Shown here piece after piece: positions 18,084 to 29,701 of a DNA stretch of 64,000 nucleotides. The notes beneath the pieces were generated by a model, which was not told where the DNA came from, searched no databases, and saw only the letters and a program-made list of their open reading frames with translations. The stretch is taken from positions 11,718,001 through 11,782,000 of the forward strand of contig CM060733.1 of the NCBI GenBank assembly GCA_030704615.1, given 5' to 3'. The translations under genes and the position numbers were made by a program. Numbering within the stretch: position 1 is the first letter of the stretch; every line of letters begins with the position of its first letter. The stretch comes from Takakia lepidozioides (Eukaryota > Plantae > Bryophyta).

Positions 18084-20699
18084 ACAGGGAGTACATCCAC
18101 AGGTTTGTCTCTCATATAGGCCAGCACAGGTTCTAGAAACAGGATTGTGGATATTTTATGGCACACTCACACTCTAAAAATTCCATAGATTTTTAGCAGA
18201 GTCCCAAAAACAGAAACCAGGTCTAGGTAGGTAGATTTCCCCTTTCTGCAGCTATCCCCCCAAAAACTGAGTCAAACAGAGTCCATTTGACAAAGATATG
18301 ACCAATTTGGCTTTAAATCATTTAAATTAGATCAAAAGGGCCCTTTTTTTTTTTTTTTTTTTTTTAAAGGGTTTTCAAATTTAAAAATTTAAAGTTACAC
18401 CCAAAACATTTGGTAACTGGTTCCCGGTTCCCTAAGTTCTATATGGTTTCCTAGGTTCCCTAGCCACGTGCCCTATAATTTATAGGATTTAGTTGTGTTT
18501 ACAAATGCACCCCCCACAGCTCTTGGTTACCAGTGACCTGCTCTCCTCCAGTCGAGATCCGTAGCTATGCCGAGCCTTAATCCTTTGCACCAATATTCCC
18601 AACAAAAGCAAGAGCACTTACAATGCAACCCCGAAAAGCACCAGAGCTAACTAGCTTGATCAAGAACGCTTACAGCCCTTCATGCGTGCTGATTTTTCAA
18701 GGTGACAACAACAGATCTGCTATCACTGATTGTGAAAGCCTTTCCATGGAGTTGGCACAGGCTGCCCTCAAGTTCTGGATTGTTCACATAGACCGAGCAT
18801 GTCATGTAGTGAGCTGGGCCCCTTCTGTCTTCAAGGGACCGGCAGTTTCAGATGACACCACATTAATGCCTAAATTGTCATCCTTCCCTGCTCCTTTTTA
18901 TCTGATTCCTCCACGGTCAGATTCTTCAAGCCGCATCAGATTCCAGCTTACAAGCCTTTCAATTGACGCTCAAAGTGCCACATCCACACTTGCTTGGTTA
19001 TTGGGCAGAACTGACGTCGATCAGGCAAGAAGAGAAATTTCTGGATCAGACCAGTGCATTGATCATTTCCCAAGACCACGTATGCTGCTTCTTTCGGCGC
19101 TTCTCCAGAAGCCAGAGTCATTAAGTTATGGCGCTCCCCTCAGCAAACCATCCGCCAGCGAGCCTATTCACAGTTCTGCTCTGTCCATCTTTCGCAACAG
19201 CAGTTTTGCTCTCTTGCAAACCCTAGCTTCTAGTCAGCGCAAGTCATCCCTTCAATTCTTGATGGCCTTGCTCCCTCCTCTGGCAGGTGCATAAGTTACA
19301 AGGCTGCTTCACATGTTTGCTCATCCTCCAGCATTCAATGAATGGACGAATGGCTGCACTGCAGGACACCACCAGGCAGTAGAATACGCCAAGTTCCTTG
19401 GTATTCCTATCTCTTGCTCATTCCACAGCCCCTCAACATTACCAATCATATTCGAAGCTCTTGGAGTTCCTGCTCCTGGTCCGATTCAATTGCAGCAAAA
19501 GCCAGACATGCTAGAAAAACTGCCAGACTCTGATCAGGCTAAGAAAGAAGATACAGCCACTGTGACAGCTGCCAATGTGCCCACATGCGTCAAGAAAAGC
19601 TACAGCCCAACTTCAGTGGAAAGATGTGCTTTGCCTGCAGAGGAGCCTGATACAGACAGTATGTTCAGTTTGCCACTTGCAGGACCAGGCTCTCTAATTG
19701 AGGAGCCAGAATGTGGAAATGATGAAAATGGAGAGAGTGAGGTGTGCTCTACTGCAAAGGATGTTGGAGTGGGCATCTTTCAAATTGCTACCCCAGGTAC
19801 AGAGGAAGCGAAGAGAAGTTCGGAGGAAGGAAACATGCGGGTTGCCAGTGATGGTATTGCTATTGACCAGGATGCTACCTCAGAAAATCAATTAGATTCT
19901 GCTCTTCCGCTGCCTTTCCTGACCGCACAATACGTCACTCTTTCCCATTTCTTCCTTAACGGCTGCTGCGCCTCACTGAGGCTCGAAGAACTGCTACGAT
20001 CACATGTTCGATCTCCAAGTCTTTACGTCCGCTTCCACCTCATTTCTTCCCTGCGTTTGTGTGGGTGTGACGAGCAGCAAGGTAAGAGGCACTTGCAGTT
20101 ACCCTGCACACGACCTCACTGACCGCTTCTGGTCGGTGCACATCGAACTAAGGCGAGCAGCCCATACTCTACCTCCTGACTGCCCCACCTCGCCCTCTCT
20201 GCACGCCGTTCCATTCTCCCTCATCTCCATCTCCAGGCACGGAAGTTCTACTCATCTGCTCGATTACAGGTACCCCTTTAAGTCTCGCACTTGGTCAGTT
20301 TCCGAACGGCCAATCGCTGCTACACCATGATATCTCCTCACCGACCAAAACGAAGGCTGCTTCCCCGCAGTATAGCTCCGTCCTGGCCCGGCGGCCTCAT
20401 GCCAGAACCAACGCTATCCTCAACCAGTAGAACAAGACCAGTTCTTTGCCCCTGCTTGCCATGCAGCCTGCCTCCATGGACCATCTATATACCCAGAAAC
20501 CAACGATGATCGAAACCAGCATGTTTTTTTTTTTTAAAGCTTCTCAAACTAAGCATTACTTACACACATGTAATCATACAAGTGCTAACCCTCAACTCCT
20601 ACCTTGCACTCACAGGTAAGAGGTGATCTTTCTCGAGTGATAAGAAGCATAGAAACACTGTTGACACAAAACATGTGAAATCCATCTCTATCACTCGTT

Positions 20700-20987
20700 A
20701 TAATAGAAGTCGAGCCAGGGGCACCCCAAGCTATGGGGACTCCACCCCACAACAACCTACACTCCCATCATGAGTACACTCAGATCTAAACGCATGCAAG
20801 AGCTCGGTCGCGCAGGCTCAACTCGAGAAAGATGAGCTACGCGACTGCCGCTCTCGTGAAGATAAGACGGACCAGGTGTCAAACTAAACTTGACACCTGA
20901 TTTAACACTTGACCTAAATCCAAGTGTTAAATACAAATAGCTAGTTTTATGCTAGCTGTTTTCACACTGTGCTTATTTAACTTGACA
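20700..20987 (-). other. Hairpin-rich 5' terminal region of the DNMT element (copy A equivalent 5280-5567)
   Basis: Stems at 20724-20738, 20807-20845, 20873-20899 (perfect 10 bp), 20900-20932 (perfect 12 bp) and ~20935-20960. Confidence 0.8.
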
Positions 20988-21480
20988 ATATCAATCATTG
21001 CACTCCACAACACCACCTCTCGTTCAGCCATACTGTTGAACACTTCCTTGGCATCCTTAATGCACCCACATTTGACATACATGTCCACCAGGGCAGTGTT
21101 CAGCATGACACCGGGTACAATTCCAGATTTGACGATGCAACCATGGACCTCTTTGCACTTTTCCAGGCTGCCAGGTTTGCACACGCATTGCAAACACACA
21201 CAAACATGATGTGGTCGAGCTTCACCCCTTCCCCCATCATTTGCTGATAGGTCTCCAAAGCCTCATCCCGCGCCCCTGCTGTACACACCCTGCAAGCATC
21301 GCGTTCCACGACACCACATCTCGTTCAGCCATAGGTTGAACACTCCCTTGGCATCCTCAATGCTCCCACATTTGGCATACATATCCACCAGAGTAGTATT
21401 CAGGATGACATCTGGTACAATTGATGATGTCACCATGGATCTCTTTGCCAGGGCTGCCAGACGCACTGCAAACATACACA
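20988..21480 (-). pseudogene. PLS-PPR pseudogene, 5' part (same gene as 7248-9164)
   Basis: Frameshifted PLS repeats ending at the insertion junction in VVLWSAMI. Confidence 0.85.
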
Positions 21481-22133
21481 AACCTCTGTTTACCAACTTT
21501 GAAAGTCTCAAGGCTGAGCCAAAAGCCCAGGCCCTCCTGAGGCCTAGTTATTGGGCAAATCACACACAGCAGATTGATGCTTGTGTGAAGGGATTTCTAG
21601 AGGATATCTGGAAAACCCGGATTAATTCTATATAGGAAGGTAAGTCTTACTACCAACGTCAGCCCTTGAGCCGTTACACAGTCGGGGGAACTGCCTGGAG
21701 GGCGATGTCCGCAGCCGGCCGGTGAAGAGAAGAATTGAGGACATGCCCGGAGGCGACGGTGATTCATGGAGATCAGAGATGAACATCCGCACTCAACCTC
21801 GGGGCGCAACAATGTTGCATCCGACGCCTCCTCCCAGTAGGACTTGTACCCCCTCTCCTACAACATCCATGGAATCGCTGCCAGACTCGGGACAACATCC
21901 CGAGGATGAGCATGCTGCTCCTATTATCGTTACCCAATACAACATCCTAGTCGTGGAGCGAGATGTGTCGGCCTCACAGTGGAGAATTGCACGGACCCTG
22001 TTAGAGGGCTGCTTGGGACTTAGACGCTTTTACGGGTTCTGTGGGGTACCCTTAATTTTGCGCAGACTTATGAATGGTAGACTGAGACCAACATGAGCCT
22101 TAGGGGTGGCAAGCGCAGGCTTTAGGGGGGGTA

Positions 22134-22250
22134 GACAGCTTGTCACAGTCTATCACAGCCCGACACAGCTTCGCACAGCCAGTCACAGCCCGACACAGCT
22201 TTACACAGCCAGTCACAGCTTGGCACAGCTTGACACAGCCTGTCACAGTG
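22134..22250 (+). repeat. 10-bp-period minisatellite (nnnCACAGCy)
   Basis: About 12 units such as cgacacagct, agtcacagcc, tggcacagct. Confidence 0.85.
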
Positions 22251-23960
22251 TACACGGGGAACAATTATCATTGACAAGGAATGACTGTGTGGGAACAACA
22301 TCTGCAGAGGGAACATGTTACTTCAGGGGTGACGGTTAGTTAGTTAGGTGGTTAGAACAGCTTGCGGGTAGATTAGGCACGGCGGCAACAGGAAGAGGAT
22401 CACTTCTTGAGGAGGGCGACTTGTTTAGGAGAGGAGGAGACGTAACGGAGAGCGGAAACAGTGAAGGGGAGATGATGACTTGATTGAGGCTTAATTCATG
22501 CAAGCTGTAAAATTATACAGTAGGGTAGATTAGGGACACCATGGCATAGGCATGATACATGATTAATCTTAATCCGATACTGAATCGATACAAACATACT
22601 GTGTAGAGAGACATGAGAGAAGCTGTGGAATGAATGCATGATTAATTGGAACTTAGTAGATACTGAAGCAATCTGATGCTTCAGTATACACGGTAAAAAA
22701 AATTGATAACATGAAGGCAAGAAGGAATACAAATAGGAATCACAACCATGATTCACTAGCTGTAGGTCATGACTGATTGTTCTGAGCGGGCTGAGTGCTT
22801 AGAGATATCCAACTCTTCTATCTTGGAGTTTCCACCTCAGATAGCAAAGGGATGGGTGAGTAAAAGCCGCTCGACAGACCCGTCCGTCATTTCATGGCAA
22901 ATGTTGTGCTGTTCGTGTCGACACCAACCAGAGATGCAATGAGATGATTCGGAGGAGCCTGCAGGGCGGTGTGCCTACCCCTTGCTTCACAGGGAGATTT
23001 GTGTGCGCAAAGTTTGTGGAGACCACACTGAAGGAGTTATGGTTCTGCAGGCACGACATCATGTCGTGTGTGTTTGGCAAGCCCAAGTATGGTGTACAAG
23101 GTATGCCTCAACCACTAGCAGTCTGGCATGTGGCAACTGGTACAGATCTTACCCTGGAGGAGGCACACGCTCTAGGATGTGCAGGGTTTCGACTGGTGCA
23201 GAGGACAGACGTTCCACGGAAGTCGTCATCCTCCTCCCACGAGAAACTCTTCACCCCGCATACCAGTGGGTGACCCCGTAGCTTGGCCCACCCATCGGTG
23301 GGGGAAATTGAAAAGACGGTGGCCACCAATAAAGGCGAATGACACCAGGATGGCCAACGCTCTTGCAATGCCCTACATAGTGCAAGGTTGCAGGGATGTT
23401 GAGGGGCTTTTTGTCCTCTCCTCCGAAGGTTGATGCAAGGGTTTGTAGAAACAATTTTCAATAGATGGCCAAGAGGTTGTTTGAATGTGTGCATTTCTCG
23501 CTTGCTATCCCTATCTAGTTTTCTTCTTATCAGCCCTGCTTTTCTTGTTTCTTTCCTCCTCTCATTTTGGTGGCCATTCCTTGGAGGACCCTCAGTATGA
23601 GCACCCAGTTCACATCAGTTGGAAAACTCTGATACCTCTATCTCTACATAAGGTAATTTGTTGGGGTCATGTGATGCTTTCCTGACTGGTTCTTGTTTTA
23701 TTGCCCAGAGGCAGGTTCTGTCCCTTTTGTTTCCGCTCAAACTGAGCGCGGGGTCAATGGCCACAAGGCTACCGCAAACACATCTTATGAGTACAATCTT
23801 TTTAACTTTTTCTGCACCCTCTCTCCCTTGCGGTTTGTTTATTTTTGGGAGCAGCAAAAAAACGAGGGAGATACTTTTTGTCATGTCAAGACAAAGACAG
23901 GACCCCTAGGGTCATTGTCATGATAGAATAATCAGACATATCAGCCACTTAACAGTGGCA

Positions 23961-24464
23961 TCATCCATCAATCATCAAGCTTAGAAAATCCATAATTAGA
24001 TCTATGCACAGTAATGTGTTCATGTTCATATGAGAGTGAGAGTGAGTGTGAGTGTGAGAGTCACCAGGCATGTGGAATTCTTCCAGAGTATCACTGTCGC
24101 AAAACATTTTAAATCTATTGGTGCTCTCACATAGACATGGATGATTGGGTGTCAAATCCTGTGAGAAACTGAAGTTACGGAAGACAGAAGCAGGTTGGTA
24201 GTATTCTAGATTGCACTGCTTGTGATAAGTCCATCCAAACACAACATCATCAAGCAATAGACATAAACCAGGCTGTTCAAAAAATTCCAAAGCTTCTTTG
24301 ATGAGACCTTTGGCACTGACCCATTCCATTCCTCTGTTGGGATAGAGCATATGAACATATCCCAAGGGAGCAGGTTTTTTAGTGTGTGTGAGAAACCGTC
24401 TACCATGTGCATGGTGATCAATTACTCTGGTTTTTTGTTCCTCCATCACAACCAGAATCTGCAT
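23961..24464 (-). mobile_element. Degenerate retroelement ORF remnant, possibly Penelope-like
   Basis: WTYHKQ...VFRNF...PCLCES..RF..FCD...H resembles the CxC...H segment preceding RT in Naiad/Chlamys Penelope-like elements; RT core not seen. Confidence 0.3.
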
Positions 24465-24850
24465 TCAAGGAAAAGATTATGTATCATCAGCAAATTGCTT
24501 AGAGAATTGTTTAACAAGGGCTAAATACCCTGTTATGTGCTTGGTTCGGTGCGAGCCAAGTCTGCCAACAATGTCCGTACGGCTGGAATTCTCCAGACTC
24601 CGAAACGGTTTTTTTTTGAAAAAAATCATGGCATTCTCTTTAAGAATCAAGGCCAAACAAAGCGTTGGGCTTTATTATGTACTTTTCAGTTTCTTTTCCA
24701 AAGCGTGACCGCTTAACCCACTCTGAAAAAGTAGGGGTTTAAAGCATCAAAGATGGATTGTAATCACCTGGTTCAGGGGGTCTTGTCTCAAGTACTTGGT
24801 CAGTATCTTGGGAATCTGGTAGCGTTGTATGCTCCAACACTGCCTGAATT

Positions 24851-26215
24851 GGGACGTGACTTCCGCGTGAGCGTGAGAGCGTACGCTCACGCGATGGTGA
24901 CGTGGCGTGAGCGCAGGCTCACACCAGCTGATGTGGCGTGAGCGTGCGGTCACGCTGACGTGGCGTGAGCATGAGGCTGAGATGTCGTTATCCTACTGAT
25001 GTGCCAGTCGTCTGAATGACGTGGCATTTGGACAACTTGCCAGATGCCATGTCATCAGAAATATATAGCACCTATAGCCGAGGGGCCTATAGCCGTGGCA
25101 TTCATTCATCCAAAACACCAAAAATTAAAATGCAGAAACGACTTGTGAAAGCATTTGCATCCATTCCATTTATTTTCGAACGACTTCACACAAGAAAGAA
25201 ATGGCACACATTGCTCAACATAATTGGAGGCTGCACTGGCACCAAATATACGAAGGGACATCAAGTTCAAGTTTCAATTCTTGTGAATCCAGTAATTGAA
25301 ATTGCAGATGACCAAAGTGAAGAGGATGCTATGTGCTCCTATCCCGCTGCATAAGTGTATTCATCTCGTTGAAACTCATGGTGGCCTGGTGAATGAAGAT
25401 GTTGCGTCTGGGATCACAAACCATTTTGTTCAAAAGATAAAATACAAATTCTTAGGGTGGTGATCTGGTGTGTTGCAGGAAGTATGGTGCTGAAATGGCT
25501 CACAATGTGTCGACACTGAAGAAGAAAGCGAAAGTGGAGCGTGCTGCACAGTGGAATGTTACAGTAACCAGTGGGAGAAAATAAAAAAATCAAAGATCTG
25601 TCTCACATCTGCTGTGTTGTCTTATTCTACGTTGCTTTCATCAGTCTACCTTTCCCCAAATGGCAGACATCATGGATTAAATCTTATCATCTGCTTCATG
25701 AGGGATTTTCTCCAATTTGTGATGTTTGTGCAAACGACATTGATTGTTGTGCTTGGTTCAGATAAATGTTAGAATGACATCCTCATTCAACATTCATCCA
25801 CTCTCATATATCCACATTCATCCACAACTTTTCATCCATATTCATCCATATTCGGAGCGTGTTGACTCTCCTTCATCTTCATTAATTCATCCACATCCAT
25901 TCTTCTATATTCGGTCTCTGCAAACACAAACATTCAGCAACATTCAGTATAAGCTCTCTTCTGCACTTCGCCTCGTCGCCCACATATGGTTCCCTATGCT
26001 GAATGCGCAAGTCCGCGGCTATAAGCACCCTTCTGCCTATTCGGTCCACGGTTATAGGTCCGTGCCTATGGAAATGACATGGCGTCAACCACGCTGGCAA
26101 GGTCTGCTGACATGGCGTCAGACCCGTGAGCCAACGTGACAATAACTGCTGACGTGGCATGAGCCTGGCTGCGCTCACATGCTCACGCTCACACGCTCAC
26201 GCGGAAGCATCCCCC
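24851..26215. mobile_element. Non-autonomous TIR DNA transposon (MULE/hAT-like MITE)
   Basis: TSD CCTGAATT at 24843-24850 and 26216-26223. Imperfect TIRs GGGACGTGACTTCCGCGTGAGCGTG versus revcomp GGGGGATGCTTCCGCGTGAGCGTG; inverted similarity extends ~250 bp (CCTATAGCCGTGG / CCACGGTTATAGG). Confidence 0.85.
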
Positions 26216-28069
26216 CCTGAATTGCAGGGATCGTAGTGGGCAGTGGGTACTGGTATCCCAAATTCTGCATCTCATCAATCCACTCCGAGTTGGTCATGAT
26301 GGACTTCTACAAAAAATGAATGTTAGTGTGTTCTCTTGGATTCAAACCACATTACAGGGTATGCTGGAAGCTCAACATGATAGTCAATGGATAGTGTATA
26401 CAGAAACCACTAAGCATACTGGACAAGGAGAGAGGGAAGATACTTTTTGTCATGTCAAGACAAAGACAGGACCCCTAGGGTCGTTGTCATGAAAGAATAA
26501 TCAGACATATCAGCCACTTAACAGTGGCACCATCCATCAATCATCAAGCTTAGAAAATCCAGAATTACATCCATGCACAGTAATGTGTTCGTGTCTGTAT
26601 TATTCATAACCCAAAGAGTATGCCACTAATGCTGATTGACCACCAGTCATGATCATGATACACATTCAGAGGTCTGGGTGGGATGGCGGGTACTTGGCCA
26701 TATTTTGGCCTTGATGTGGTGCAGGTCAAATGGTCATACAGATTTACTGTCCGCAAGCTATAATCCAAGCACACTTACTCAAACCCCATGGGTGTCATGG
26801 AGGGTTTTTAAAAAAAAACAAAGCAAAAGAACACTTGGATATCACAGATTTAAATACCTTGCCCTACCAGTATTTGTTTAGAGTGGTCTGCGGCACAGCT
26901 TGCCCCCACAGGGGAGGTGGATATGTCTGGTAAGTTTTCCAGAATACCCCTATACATTTATTTCTTGCTACAGCTGAAAATCAAAGTTCATGACACAACA
27001 AGGTAAATATAAATGACTGCATACACATCCTGTGACAGTATATGATACTGTCAATACACCCTATTCACATCATTCCACATTTGACCGTGTCATTACACCA
27101 TGTCCAGGGGGTATTTCCACTTGACTACCCTGGCTGCCTCAAAAACCAGTTACCAGTTATATTGCTGCCATATTTCAGTGTCAACCGAATAGCCACAGGA
27201 ACAAACTTCACCATACCCTGGCCTAAGCATCTAGCTAACAAAGCCATCCGGGTTAGAACATAACAGGGGCATTTTACCAACATGGGTACCCGAGTAGCTG
27301 CAGCAAACAGTTCCTTGCAGCCTCTCAATTTGTTTCCAACTACCATAAGGTAAGCAAAGCAAACAAGGGCCTGGAAAACAGATGTGTGTCTCTCACACAA
27401 GCCATCATAAACCCGGCTGTCACAACAAAGCAGAGGTTTTCCACTGGCTGGGCCGAAATAGCCCATCGTAGAAAGCATTACACTTGTTCTTCATAAATAA
27501 AGGAAGGAAAGAGGTAGGATCAAGAAAAACCATAGAGTAGTTTAGTTTTTCAACATTTCAAGATGAGTCCCTGGCAAATGATTCCTTCCCCTGCTCTGCA
27601 ATCCCATTGGGCATCCAGCAGCACCTAGACATCAGAGTATTAAGTGGAAGCCCTCACCTGTGCCCGTCCCAAAAACAACCACAACGCATTGTGAGTTAGT
27701 GAGGATGCACGAGGTGAGTAGCAGGCTTCCTCACTTGCTATCGAGGTCAAATACACTTCAATCTAAGCGCAGAGAATGCCAAAGAAAGCAGGGAAGCAAG
27801 ACAAACAGAAAAAGAACATATTTTTTTCTGTTTGGTGGAGAGTCGTCATCTCTCCACAAGCCTAACCGTGCAGGGAGGTCTCCGCCAGCACCACAACACT
27901 GCAACCTTAACCAAAGCAGAGTCTTGCCAAACACAAAAAAAAAAAGCTTGGTCTCAAAAGGTAGGGTTTATAAAGGGAGGGAGAGAGAGACTTCCTTGTT
28001 CTACCAAGACGCCGCCATTCATCAAAGATCCAGAGGAGGGCTCCTAGGAAACTTCATAAGCAGGCAGTT

Positions 28070-28795
28070 TGTCGCGCACCTCACTCCGGTAAGCTCCCCT
28101 TCAAGTCATAGTTACTCGCTTTGATGCGCGCGCCTGACTCCCAACCTGGCCGCCCGGGCCAACTTGGAGCTTCGGCTGCTCACCGGGACATAACGGTCCC
28201 CCCTTCGCTTCCCTCTAAACCCTCCACCTCTTTGGGACTAGGAGAATTCCCTTTGGTAGATGGCAGTCCGGAACAGCTCCCCACTCTTTGGTCGCTTTCC
28301 GGCTCGCTCGCTTACTCACTAGTTTTTGGTCACCAACGGGCTTGCACCGTTCTCGGGGTTACTACTCCCTATATATACTTCTGTAGCTGTCCGCGGGGGT
28401 TTCATAACCAGCCATGCCATTTTATGGCGAACCACCACGAAAACCCTCGACTCCCGGTGGTGAGTCGCGGTGAGTCTTGGCCCACTCACCGCGGCCCCAA
28501 TGGACCGTGATGAGTCCCAAGACTCCCCACGACTCCCACCTCGAGGTCTCCACCCCATGGTGAGTCCTATGCCACCCCCACTAAGTCCCACTAAGCTACC
28601 ACCACCCCTTGTGGAGCCACCTCCACCGCAACCCGGTGTGCGGGGCTCCACCTAGTGAGCGCCTCCGCCTCCTTGAGTGCCTTGGGCACTCAAGGGTGCT
28701 TCAGCCCCCCATACCTATCGCCGCCGCTGCCCCCACCACAGGGGCAGCCCCTCATGTGTCCCGACCCCCTGCCCTCAAGGCAAAGGGCCGCGACA
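28070..28795 (-). repeat. 3' LTR of chromovirus
   Basis: No differences seen versus 34320-35045. Confidence 0.97.
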
Positions 28796-29701
28796 CACAC
28801 CCCTACCAACAGGGAGTCGATGTCCTCATCGACTTGTCCATTTTGTAGAAACGAACATCCAAGTTGTGGCGTCCCACATCAAGGAGTTTGTTTCCGTACC
28901 ATGGCGTCCCATGGCAAAGAACCAAACCCCACACTTGACTCCACTCTCCACTAGCTAGTTCGGCCGACTTCCTCCAAGTCCCGGCCAAGGGTGGAGCCTC
29001 TCCAGCTCCTCCCAGTGCACTCTTCTTGGCCTACTTCAAGGCCAAGGAACGATCCTTCCCGAGGATCGAATCGCCTTACTGCAACAACATTGCTTGCGAT
29101 CGCTCATGATGCCGCTTTTGGCATCACCTTGAGCAAGGGTTCACCTGGAACCCTCTTTGACTAGGAAGATAACCTTGAACCAACCGTGCGCCCCAATCAC
29201 TACAATTGGGTCCGCCTTGGAATGCTGGCCTGAGGTACGGGAACACGCCGAAGCCGCACTACGACTTCGTCCCGAGGCTACACGATTATAGTACGTGAAC
29301 GGAAGCACGTAGCTTCCGCGTTAGCCCGCACTACAAGGCAACCCCCTCGGTAGCGCAGTTATAGTACGCGCACGCGCCAGGTGCGCACTAGCACTTGAAC
29401 TCCCAAATAAGGCGCAAGTTTCCTTGCCCCTTGGATGGGAGTCACCCGATTTCGGCACTGCGCAAACACACGATTAACCCAATTTACCTCTCCCACTTTT
29501 GTAAGCTAGCATGCATTCTACACACCAGCCAACCACACCATGCATCACCATTCCAAACACAATAGGACGCACAATATTTGGAACCCATTTCCTTTATCAC
29601 AAATTTTTGTACAATACAAGTTTTTGCAATCGGATTCCTGAGCTAGCTAAACCGGGCTAAGCATGCATTTCCTCCCCCACGCTCCAAGGTTGATGTCCCC
29701 A

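Larger units (their letters stand above)
9165..20987 (-). mobile_element. Full-span Ty3/Gypsy-type retroelement, copy B: accessory ORF, gag, PR-like, DNMT3-like MTase, RT, RNase H, IN, PHD; no LTRs detected
   Basis: Ends TGTC (9165) and GACA (20987); ATAT at 9161-9164 and 20988-20991. Removing it rejoins one PPR motif (VVLWSAMI / YAHQGCGMEALQ). Confidence 0.85.

Noticed and set aside
17870-18175. Segment missing in copy A as a spliced-out intron
   Set aside because: No placement of the breakpoints gives GT...AG; it fits a deletion with 3-bp microhomology.
1-20987. Treating 1-5567 and 15211-20987 as giant LTRs of one element
   Set aside because: The repeats contain gag, a PPR pseudogene lies between them, and copy B has its own TSD at 9161/20988; they are two separate insertions.
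22134-22250. CRISPR-like array
   Set aside because: 10-bp minisatellite with no spacers and no cas genes; eukaryotic context.
28121-28954. ORFs within the chromovirus LTRs
   Set aside because: GC-rich LTR sequence; they are identical in both places only because the LTRs are duplicated.
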